This document shows, in pieces, positions 1 to 7,474 of a DNA stretch of 57,962 nucleotides; positions within the stretch are counted from its first letter, which is position 1; each line of letters begins with the position of its first letter. Origin of the DNA: a virus (taxonomy: Duplodnaviria; Caudoviricetes); the IMG/VR virus record IMGVR_UViG_3300032291_002754, positions 1 to 57,962 of that record; one strand, given 5' to 3'. The notes under the pieces are model-generated. The model was not told the DNA's origin. It ran no database searches and worked only from the letters and a program-made list of their open reading frames with translations. The translations under genes and the position numbers were made by a program.

Positions 1-123
1 ATATCTATTGCGCTCAACGGGCCACGCAGCCGGCGGATTTTCTCCGCGATCCGGATGGCCTGGTATCGCCACGCCTCCACCCCGTGATCCTCGCTGGCGA
101 GGGCATTTTCCAGCGGGTGTTCC
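1..123. repeat. Terminal direct repeat, copy 1 (circular overlap)
   Basis: Bases 1-123 are identical to 57840-57962. Confidence 0.97.
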
Positions 124-254
124 AGACACCCGTAGTACCCGCGCTTTCGGGAAAGCAGTGCGTGAAGTTCCTCGCAAATCGGGCGGTACGGATCACCACC
201 GATGCTCTCTTGAGGCGTTGACGATTCGGCCGTATTCGGCCCAGAAACTGGCAT
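1..254 (-). CDS. 5' part of a junction-spanning DUF1599/Nmad1-like protein (109 aa in total, continues to 57764)
   Basis: ATG at 254 reads MPVSG...ICEELHALLSRKRGYYG...RIAEKIRR...TLLDIAGHAVLG across the junction; not in the ORF track. Confidence 0.7.
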   Translation of the reverse strand, partial: MPVSGPNTAESSTPQESIGGDPYRPICEELHALLSRKRGYYGCLEHPLENALASEDHGVEAWRYQAIRIAEKIRRLRGPLSAID

Positions 255-534
255 TGTGGGGATCGTCCCCTTCGGCGTGACAAAGGTATGCAGTCCTCGC
301 ATGCGCCCACTCCTCGCAACATGTGTCTATGAAACTAGAAAAACCCTGCGATTCTGAGATCAGAATCACACCAGTAGCCTGGTCTTCATTCAGGCAGAAT
401 AATCCGAAGCACCCTTCCATCGTCTTCTGCGGCCGGACGTAGCACCGCAGGGGGTACGGCACTGGAAACTTCCGCTGCGCCCACCTCCGGAACTTGCGCA
501 ACAACGCTCTCTGCCAGCCGTAGGACGAGGTCAT
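193..534 (-). CDS. Zn-metallopeptidase-like protein (SprT/IrrE-like) with EExxH variant motif
   Basis: CCEEWAHA followed by a downstream H-x3-F (PHNASF). Confidence 0.55.
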   Translation of the reverse strand: MTSSYGWQRALLRKFRRWAQRKFPVPYPLRCYVRPQKTMEGCFGLFCLNEDQATGVILISESQGFSSFIDTCCEEWAHARTAYLCHAEGDDPHNASFWAEYGRIVNASREHRW

Positions 535-829
535 GGAGGCGATCCAGTGGGACGGTGCAGAGCCAATCTGCGCGGGCCTTGCGGTGCAGGAGGAACGGGA
601 CTTTGGTGCCTGCGTCGGTGATGGTCTGGGCCATCCACTTGCGCACCTGTTCCCGCTCGCAGTACTTCACCTCACAATGAATGCCCTCCACGTCGATCTG
701 GACATCGGGGCTTTCCGGACCGCCGGCATACTGGACCCCTCGCCTGGCTCGGACACCCAGGCAGTCCTCCAGAGCCTTGGCCGCTTCCCGTTCTCCGCGC
801 TTTCCGCGCTGTCGTTCGCGCCTGCCCAT
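386..829 (-). CDS. Holliday junction resolvase, PD-(D/E)XK type
   Basis: RGKRGEREAA, SPDV, CEVK motifs. Confidence 0.85.
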   Translation of the reverse strand: MGRRERQRGKRGEREAAKALEDCLGVRARRGVQYAGGPESPDVQIDVEGIHCEVKYCEREQVRKWMAQTITDAGTKVPFLLHRKARADWLCTVPLDRLHDLVLRLAESVVAQVPEVGAAEVSSAVPPAVLRPAAEDDGRVLRIILPE

Positions 830-1227
830 CACGCCCTCCTTGACGGCCGAGAGTTTGCCACCCTCTCTTCAATGTAATACCCCGGTATGGGCTGGGGTTC
901 GTATGACAATGCTTTTTTGTTTCGCAGCGCCGCCATGCTGGCCGGATCGTAGTTCTTCGGGTCCGCCTCGCGTTTGGCTTGTAACAGTATACCCTTGTTC
1001 AGATCCGGGAACCTACCAAAAATTTTCCCGCTGTGAAAAACTCCATGGCAGCGCGAACAGAGCTTCAAAAAATTGAACGCGCTATTGCCCTTGGTCCGTA
1101 CTGATCCGCCCTCAAGGTGATGCACTTCCAATCGCCTGCGATGGTCATGCTCCGGCCAATGGCACACGGCACAACAATCGAACTGCTGTGACCACTCATT
1201 GATCAACCTCTTAACCTTGGCGTCCAT
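829..1227 (-). CDS. HNH endonuclease
   Basis: CAVC...EVHH...N..KLCSRCHG; likely start MDAK at 1227. Confidence 0.85.
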   Translation of the reverse strand: MDAKVKRLINEWSQQFDCCAVCHWPEHDHRRRLEVHHLEGGSVRTKGNSAFNFLKLCSRCHGVFHSGKIFGRFPDLNKGILLQAKREADPKNYDPASMAALRNKKALSYEPQPIPGYYIEERVANSRPSRRA

Positions 1228-1399
1228 GCCCCCATGCGCTTCCTGGTGGTGAGTGCATAGCGACTCCCCGGAAAGGAGAGTCGCGCTGCGCCACCTGTCG
1301 GAGCCGGCACAGCGGGAAACGTGATTTTGTTTTCGGGGTTCGCTTCCTTGCATCCCACCACCCCGTGCGGCAGAGCGCCCACGCGCCTTTGGTTTCCAC
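1211..1399 (-). CDS. Hypothetical protein
   Basis: 62 aa ORF co-oriented and packed with neighbours. Confidence 0.4.
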   Translation of the reverse strand: METKGAWALCRTGWWDARKRTPKTKSRFPLCRLRQVAQRDSPFRGVAMHSPPGSAWGHGRQG

Positions 1400-1542
1400 G
1401 CTGGAGTCGTCAGCATGCGTGGCTTAAACCGCAATCTGCCCGCTCTTCGCCCCTTTCGGGGTGGTCGCCAGCGTTGCATCGCTGGCCTTCGGCGGCGGGC
1501 CGTATTCATGCCGTGTGGCAACAGAGCCTTGAGCGTGACGTT

Positions 1543-1623
1543 CTATTCGTCCTCGCCTTCTAGAGCAAGGAGGAAAATTGAAATCAACATGATGACAGTG
1601 AAATAGTACGCAAGAGTGTTCAT
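1543..1623 (-). CDS. 26 aa membrane peptide
   Basis: MNTLAYYFTVIMLISIFLLALEGEDE; ATGA overlap with upstream ORF; not in the ORF track. Confidence 0.5.
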   Translation of the reverse strand: MNTLAYYFTVIMLISIFLLALEGEDE

Positions 1624-1886
1624 GGCCACTCTGGATAGAAGAGAACTCCGCATTGCGTCTGGCGGTCAAGAATCTCTGCCGCCGCGGTTCGCGGAAACTC
1701 TCTGGCAATCAGTTCTGCCAGATCATCGAACGCAATCGTCTGCATTAACTCTGTGTGGGAATCCACAAACGATTGCAGGCCGGCATGGTCGCGGGCGAAT
1801 GACGGGTCTTTCTCCCCGCGGTGTACCCACACACGCATTGTAAACCGCGGATGTTCAACTCTGACGAGGTTCTCTTGGACTATCAT
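1620..1886 (-). CDS. Hypothetical protein
   Basis: 88 aa, 4-nt overlaps with neighbours on both sides. Confidence 0.7.
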   Translation of the reverse strand: MIVQENLVRVEHPRFTMRVWVHRGEKDPSFARDHAGLQSFVDSHTELMQTIAFDDLAELIAREFPRTAAAEILDRQTQCGVLFYPEWP

Positions 1887-2050
1887 TCATCACCCCAGAT
1901 GTTAATCACCTTGGCGCGGAGCCTTGCGACTTCGGCCTCTAGGACTCGGATCACACTTGTCAACCTTTGGCACTCGGAACATGTCTGCGTTGCCTTCAAC
2001 GAGGTCAAGGTCTGCGGTTCCGCAGAGGATGGCCCTGAGTTGGTCGGCAT
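1883..2050 (-). CDS. Small CxxC plus coiled-coil protein
   Basis: CSEC...LEAEVARLRAK; overlaps the 3' end of 1902-2489 in another frame. Confidence 0.45.
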   Translation of the reverse strand: MPTNSGPSSAEPQTLTSLKATQTCSECQRLTSVIRVLEAEVARLRAKVINIWGDE

Positions 2051-2489
2051 GTCGGAGGCATGATGCGGGTGCGACGAGCATTGGGACGTTGAATCCCCGC
2101 ATGCTGTCCCACACTGTTTGCTCGCTCCACTGATCGTCGCGATCAAGGACCGACAGCCATACCCACGCACCCGTTGCTTTTGAAATGTACACCCAGGCGA
2201 ACGGGGTGGACCCTTTAGTGAGGCCATTGATGTCATCAACAAGCACCGTGGCGTAGGGAAAGTCTTCTGGGCATGTGAACTTTAGGCCCCTGACCTTTAT
2301 CTCCAGCCGTACGAGGCCCACGGCGTCTGGGGTTGGACAGTGATCCTTCTGCGGGTTGTGATTGGGCAGCACCAGCTTCTTGCCGTGAGCGACCGCGTGT
2401 CCCTCTGTCTGGCGTTCTTCCACCCACGCTCGTTCCGCCCGGTGGGCCTTGGATAGCACTTCCAGAAAGTCGGCCTTCGACCACCCCAT
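1902..2489 (-). CDS. PD-(D/E)XK nuclease-like protein
   Basis: N-terminal helix with AE, then TPDA...LEIKVR. Confidence 0.65.
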   Translation of the reverse strand: MGWSKADFLEVLSKAHRAERAWVEERQTEGHAVAHGKKLVLPNHNPQKDHCPTPDAVGLVRLEIKVRGLKFTCPEDFPYATVLVDDINGLTKGSTPFAWVYISKATGAWVWLSVLDRDDQWSEQTVWDSMRGFNVPMLVAPASCLRHADQLRAILCGTADLDLVEGNADMFRVPKVDKCDPSPRGRSRKAPRQGD

Positions 2490-2925
2490 TCAACCTCCAT
2501 GTGTCGCGGACCGCAGCAGCACGCGCAGCCAAGTCCTTGGGCATGAGATCATCGGCATCGATCTCTTCCCAGTACTCACTGGTCAGAGGTTCCGCTTGCC
2601 GCACACGCGCTGCGCGACGGCAGACATCGGCCACAAACTCCACCGTCACACCGAACGCGCTGGCGATCTCTTCATGCGTTCGTTCCGGATAGCCGGCCGA
2701 CAGCAGGATCAATCGCTTGGTGGATGGCAGTCTGTTTTTCCGCAGCAACGCAGTGATCTTGCGTCCGACCTCCGGCCCAACCCCGATGCGGTCATAGACC
2801 ATCATGGCCGGCTCACGGTTGATCAATACGCGGCGATGAATCTCTGGCACCAAAGCCAAAGGCACTCCGGAACCAAGCCGCCACTCTTCCCCAAAACGTC
2901 GCTCTGGGCTGTTGTTCTTCCTCAT
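2236..2925 (-). CDS. Putative HTH DNA-binding protein
   Basis: THEEIASAFGVTVEFV HTH-like segment; C-terminal tail overlaps the next gene. Confidence 0.55.
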   Translation of the reverse strand: MRKNNSPERRFGEEWRLGSGVPLALVPEIHRRVLINREPAMMVYDRIGVGPEVGRKITALLRKNRLPSTKRLILLSAGYPERTHEEIASAFGVTVEFVADVCRRAARVRQAEPLTSEYWEEIDADDLMPKDLAARAAAVRDTWRLNGVVEGRLSGSAIQGPPGGTSVGGRTPDRGTRGRSRQEAGAAQSQPAEGSLSNPRRRGPRTAGDKGQGPKVHMPRRLSLRHGAC

Positions 2926-4523
2926 GCGCCAACTCCTCTCCCCTTGGTGGAAACGCCTCGTCCAGCCGGAACAGCAAATGCAGTTCGTTCACCGTGTCTG
3001 CCAGCAACAGTTCGCCGCTGCTTCTCTCGGTGGAAGTAACTGCGGACCCAGCCTCTGATGCTGGGCTGTCGCAATGCCCAATCGATCTCTCCATCTGTCA
3101 GATCCCCCATTCGCTTGCCTGCATGCCGCCCACGCAGCGGCACCTTGTACTCGCTGATGCACTTCTTCTGGACGATCTGCACGTCCTTGGCATCGATCAC
3201 ACCGCTCGCCTCGCCACGCATGGCGGCAAGACCCTCTTCGATCAACTTTGCCTTGCGGAGATCGTCCGCCGCTTGGGCCAGCAGATCGGCTGGATCGGCG
3301 GGGTCGGCGTCCTCGGCCGCGGCGGCTTGCCTTGCACGGCGGACGATCTCCGGGTCGGCGTCCCTCGCAAACATGTCTACGGCGGTAACAAGCGAGTGGC
3401 TGGCCGTCTCGTCGGTCATGTCAATGACCTTGAAGAACGGCTTGCTGCTCCTTGCAATCGCTGTCTGGCGGGCGACGACTCCAAGCCATCCAGACATGTT
3501 GGCAAATGGACAGTTGTTCAGTGTATCAGATGACAGCCTTGTAGCGCGACCGACAATCTGAAGCCAGAGCGACCGGCTCTTGGTCGGACGCGCCAGCACA
3601 ATCGTCTGGGTGGCGGGAGCGTCAAAGCCCATGGCCGCGATCTGGCAATTGAACAACACGTCGATATCGCCGCGGCGATAGGCATTGATAATCCGATTCC
3701 GCTCATCCTCCGGCTGGATGAATGCAGACCCGCAGATCGCAGCCGCGTTCATGCCGTAACTGCGAACAGCCAGGTCAGCCGCCGCAAACGCCGACTTGAC
3801 CCCGGGCAAGAACGCAATGCACTGGCCTGTGCGTTCCTTCTGGATTGTCAGGCACACTTGGTGCAGCGGCTTGCTGGCACCAATCACCATCTCCAGATCC
3901 GACGCCACGTAATCACCGCCGGCAACTGCCACGTTCGACAGGTCTAGCCCGCGGCACTTGACGATCTTCGCTCTCGGTGGAGGCGCCCATCGCTGCTGGA
4001 TGGCCTCCTGCAAGCCCATCTCATACGCTGTAGTCTGGTAAAACCTCCCAAGCCGCCGGCCGTCAGCGCGGAACGGAGTGGCCGTGAATCCAAGAATGTG
4101 CGCCCCATGCTCTTGGAACTTCTCCAGCATGGCGATCATGGCTGGGCTGTCCTGGGCATGCGCCTCGTCAACGATGACGAACCGCTTTCCCAGATGCCGC
4201 ACGTACCTCTGCGGACTGCCGGACAGGAGCGTCTGCCGGCTAGCAACGGTGATGCGTGACCCGTGGACGGCCCACTGGTCGGCCATCTCAATTTCGACAA
4301 ACTCGCCGGTAACGCGGTCCAAGGTTTTCGCCGCCTGCCAGACAAGTTCGCGCTGTGGTGCGACGATCAGAAAACTAGACCTGTCGCAGAGTTGCGCCAG
4401 TCGGCTGAATATCACCGTCTTCCCACCACCCGTGAATAGGGAGACAAGTGCCGTTTTGTGACCGCGAGCAATCGCGGCCAGAATGTCATCTACGCAGTGC
4501 TGCTGATAATCTCGCGTGTGCAT
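2922..4523 (-). CDS. SF2 (DEAH) DNA helicase with a small C-terminal GxxxGK (DUF3820-like) domain
   Basis: TRDYQ, FTGGGKT, DEAH, TAT, GFDAP, QIVGRATR; C-terminal PLRGRHAGKRMGDL...W. Confidence 0.93.
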   Translation of the reverse strand: MHTRDYQQHCVDDILAAIARGHKTALVSLFTGGGKTVIFSRLAQLCDRSSFLIVAPQRELVWQAAKTLDRVTGEFVEIEMADQWAVHGSRITVASRQTLLSGSPQRYVRHLGKRFVIVDEAHAQDSPAMIAMLEKFQEHGAHILGFTATPFRADGRRLGRFYQTTAYEMGLQEAIQQRWAPPPRAKIVKCRGLDLSNVAVAGGDYVASDLEMVIGASKPLHQVCLTIQKERTGQCIAFLPGVKSAFAAADLAVRSYGMNAAAICGSAFIQPEDERNRIINAYRRGDIDVLFNCQIAAMGFDAPATQTIVLARPTKSRSLWLQIVGRATRLSSDTLNNCPFANMSGWLGVVARQTAIARSSKPFFKVIDMTDETASHSLVTAVDMFARDADPEIVRRARQAAAAEDADPADPADLLAQAADDLRKAKLIEEGLAAMRGEASGVIDAKDVQIVQKKCISEYKVPLRGRHAGKRMGDLTDGEIDWALRQPSIRGWVRSYFHREKQRRTVAGRHGERTAFAVPAGRGVSTKGRGVGA

Positions 4524-4612
4524 GTGACCCCTCCATGCGGTTACTGCCGCCGGGGAGATATCCGTCTCTCCCCGGCGACAGGTGCGTCCGTGCAAACCAC
4601 TTCCGTCCTAGA

Positions 4613-4939
4613 TCAGAATGGGCTAGTTTCGGCCTCCGCACGCTCCCTGCTTCCAAGCAGCGTGAGATTGTTGACCCGCAGCGAGTAGGCAGTGCGCTTG
4701 ACGCCATCCTTCTCGTACTGCCGGCACTTCAGTTCACCCGAAACAGCCACAGCCTTTCCGCGAGTCAGGTACTCCACCACCTGACCGGGCTTCCAGTAGT
4801 CACAATCCATGTACAGCACCTCGTCCTTGCGGCCATTGACCGCAATGGCGAAGGCTGCGACCTCACTGTCACCGACAGACCGGACCTCGGCATCCCGCGT
4901 GAGATTGCCGGTAAACGTGCAGACATTCATGCTGGCCAT
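4613..4939 (-). CDS. ssb: Single-stranded DNA-binding protein
   Basis: GNLTRDAE, LTRGKAVAVSGEL, C-terminal PF. Confidence 0.95.
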   Translation of the reverse strand: MASMNVCTFTGNLTRDAEVRSVGDSEVAAFAIAVNGRKDEVLYMDCDYWKPGQVVEYLTRGKAVAVSGELKCRQYEKDGVKRTAYSLRVNNLTLLGSRERAEAETSPF

Positions 4940-5595
4940 CAAACACCTCCTGGGAACTGTGATGCAAACTCTTCGATCCGAACCAACACAGCGGTGGGAC
5001 AGACCCCCTCGCTGACTCTCAACCGCACCAACTCAACGGTCTTCTGAATCGCCTCTGGAGACGCGGCCTTGGAAATCGCTTCCCGCGCCTTCGCCTCAAT
5101 CTCCATTCCTCGCCCGATGACGTTTGGCTTGGACGCCTTCGACTTTGGCGGCGGCGCAGACTGCTGGCCATCGTCATCGTCCTCGGCCCAAGCACCCACC
5201 AGCGACAAGAACGTGTACTTCTTCGCGTAGGTGTAGGCACTGCCCAAGGACTGCATGTCAATCTTCGGAGTGCCTTCCTTGTCAAATCCCATGTAGATCG
5301 GACAGAGCGTGTTGACCCACTGCCCGCTTGGGGCATGGTGCAGTTCAGCCACTGCCACCCAATCGCCATTGATGCGGGTCAGCTTCGTCTGCGGGATCGG
5401 GAATCCCTCCGCAAGCAACGCCGGCCGCAATGCCTCGCAAATGTCGCTATACCGCATGTATCGGTAGCGACCGAACTTGTTGTCACCTCCACGCTCCACT
5501 GACGGGAACTGTGCCTGTGCGCGGGCAAGAGCCGCATACAGTTCCTGCGTTTCCGGTGACGATGTCAGACCGGGCAAACTGTGATCAACCGTCAT
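4939..5595 (-). CDS. ERF-family single-strand annealing protein
   Basis: LYAALARAQ...Y...QSLGSAYTYAKKY...EDDDDG. Confidence 0.92.
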   Translation of the reverse strand: MTVDHSLPGLTSSPETQELYAALARAQAQFPSVERGGDNKFGRYRYMRYSDICEALRPALLAEGFPIPQTKLTRINGDWVAVAELHHAPSGQWVNTLCPIYMGFDKEGTPKIDMQSLGSAYTYAKKYTFLSLVGAWAEDDDDGQQSAPPPKSKASKPNVIGRGMEIEAKAREAISKAASPEAIQKTVELVRLRVSEGVCPTAVLVRIEEFASQFPGGV

Positions 5596-6466
5596 TGGAC
5601 CCTCCAATCCATTTGGGAAACTCCAACTCCACCACCTCCGTATCAGCCGCCTCCGCGTAGACACCGAGACTGCGGCGCATGCGGATCACATCAAGGGTGC
5701 GGGCAATCTCTTCCCGCGCCTTCTCCAACAACTCCTCCGGCAGGGTGAACACCCTGACCGAGAATGGTGCGAACGTCTGGGCGACGATGAACGGCATGTT
5801 GAATCGCTCCCACATGCCGGATGCCACTGCGGCGTCGGAGTACCAAGCCGATTGCCACAGGTAGCCGTAGTCCACAAACGAGCGCCACAGTTGCGGCCAC
5901 TCGCTGCGCGTTGTCTTGAAATCCCACCAAAGGTCCGGCGTCATTCCATCCGCCAACGCCTTGCGCTTGTGGCCGTCCTCGTCTTGGAATCGGACAGAAC
6001 CCTGCATGTCCACTGCGCTGTCCAGCAGTTCCGATGCGACGGGATGCTGGGCTGTGTTGCAGCAGATGCGGTCGATCTTGAAGAACTCGTCAGCCGTACA
6101 CTCCCTCGCGCCGGCAGGCAGTGACGCCTTCCATTCGGTGTATGGCTTTCCACGCCTCGCACCGTTGGACAGAACATCCTCCGGCGGAACCACGTAGTTG
6201 GCAGACAGGGACTGTCCACACACCATGAGTGGAATGGCTGCGTCAACAAGTGACCCAAAGTCCGTACCGGCATTGCCAGAGAACAGGCGTTCACCGTTGT
6301 CCAGCGCACGCTGCCCCATACCGCCAAAGCGGTGGATGCTGTGTGCCGTGGAGCGGGTGATGTACCCGTCGTTGACCCTGTAGGCAGCGTCCACAGCCGC
6401 CTGGTCTAGAAGGGTCTTGACCCCTCCATTGCCGGAGATCACCCCTGGGGTATAGGATGCTGTCAT
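5585..6466 (-). CDS. RecE/ExoVIII-like PD-(D/E)XK exonuclease (DUF3799-like)
   Basis: FGSLVDA, KALADG, DFKTT, YLWQSAWY; adjacent to ERF. Confidence 0.85.
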   Translation of the reverse strand: MTASYTPGVISGNGGVKTLLDQAAVDAAYRVNDGYITRSTAHSIHRFGGMGQRALDNGERLFSGNAGTDFGSLVDAAIPLMVCGQSLSANYVVPPEDVLSNGARRGKPYTEWKASLPAGARECTADEFFKIDRICCNTAQHPVASELLDSAVDMQGSVRFQDEDGHKRKALADGMTPDLWWDFKTTRSEWPQLWRSFVDYGYLWQSAWYSDAAVASGMWERFNMPFIVAQTFAPFSVRVFTLPEELLEKAREEIARTLDVIRMRRSLGVYAEAADTEVVELEFPKWIGGSNDG

Positions 6467-6582
6467 GCGAATGCCCTCCGCAGGAGACGAAGGGCGAGGC
6501 GGGCATGGCCACAGACCATGAGGGTCAGGGCCAGACAGAAAAAACCACTAGCAGAAGCAGTGATTAGGAGGGCAAGCCACGC

Positions 6583-6609
6583 TGCCCTAGCCAATTGAGC
6601 TAGGGGTGC
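6583..6609 (-). other. Candidate attP: tRNA 5' end and D-arm fragment with 7-7-7 core symmetry
   Basis: Minus strand reads GCACCCC TA GCTC AATTGGCTA GGGC A; contains CCCTAGC-TCAATTG-GCTAGGG; 50 bp upstream of the integrase. Confidence 0.7.
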
Positions 6610-6658
6610 GTCGGACTTGACCAACCTATCCTGCCGAATTACAGGAGAGGCTGCAACC

Positions 6659-7474
6659 ATGAAAATCTCCGAATACGCGAGGCTCTACGCCAAAAGGGTG
6701 GGGGCTAGTCCGGGATACCTGGAACAACTGGTCGTCTGCACCAAACGGCTGGATTGGGACATCGCAAGTGTGACACGCGACCAAGTGGACGAATACCTCA
6801 CTCGGGCTATGTCAACGCTTGCGCCCAGCACAGTCTCTAACCACCGCCGCTATTTGAGAACCCTCCTCAGAGCTGCCAATCGCGACGGCGTGAACGAAAG
6901 TATAGCGGTCGATTTTCGGCGTGTCAAGGTGCCGCGAAAAATAGTTCGCGCCTACAGCCTGGTTGAAATTCGCAAGATCGTGACGGCCGCGCGGGCCGCT
7001 ACTCGCCAGTTCCATGGCGCACCACACTCCGTTGTGCTACCAGCGTGGATCCTCTGTGCGTACAGCACGGGCCTCCGCGCGGGCGATTTGCATTCCTTGC
7101 ATCGCGATCAAATTTCCGGTAGGCGAGTATATTGCGTCCAGCGAAAAACGCAAGCCCCCCACATCGCGGTTTTGAACGATGACGCGTTTCTCGCACTGGA
7201 GGCATTGCCCTACAAAAACCGTGTGTTTGCAGACTTGGCGAGTCGCAAGCAACTGGAGAAAGCACTGCGTTCTGTCCTGCGAAGCATCGGCATGCCGGGT
7301 TCTGTCAAGTGGCTGAGAAGGTCGGCAGCGACATACGCCGAGATCAGCGGCATGAGTGCGATGGCCACGCTCGGACATCTCACGCCTGGCCTAGCCGCAA
7401 AGCACTATGTCGATCCACTCCTTCTGACCGACGCGAAACGGCCGCTGCCATCCGCAATGCTAGCGGACGCCTAG
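6659..7474 (+). CDS. int: Tyrosine recombinase/integrase
   Basis: TGLRAGDL (R), K, KWLRRS (R), LGH, HY (Y); RBS AGGAG before ATG 6659. Confidence 0.92.
   Translation: MKISEYARLYAKRVGASPGYLEQLVVCTKRLDWDIASVTRDQVDEYLTRAMSTLAPSTVSNHRRYLRTLLRAANRDGVNESIAVDFRRVKVPRKIVRAYSLVEIRKIVTAARAATRQFHGAPHSVVLPAWILCAYSTGLRAGDLHSLHRDQISGRRVYCVQRKTQAPHIAVLNDDAFLALEALPYKNRVFADLASRKQLEKALRSVLRSIGMPGSVKWLRRSAATYAEISGMSAMATLGHLTPGLAAKHYVDPLLLTDAKRPLPSAMLADA

Noticed and set aside
1-123. Biological fixed terminal repeat
   Set aside because: It falls inside a coding sequence, so an assembly overlap of a circular or permuted genome is more likely
6530-6609. Complete tRNA gene
   Set aside because: Only the acceptor 5' strand and D-arm are present; there is no anticodon arm, T arm or 3' strand, so it is treated as an att fragment
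6463-6660. 65 aa minus-strand ORF between RecE-like gene and int
   Set aside because: It covers the att core and the int RBS, and has no motif support; a short real ORF cannot be fully excluded
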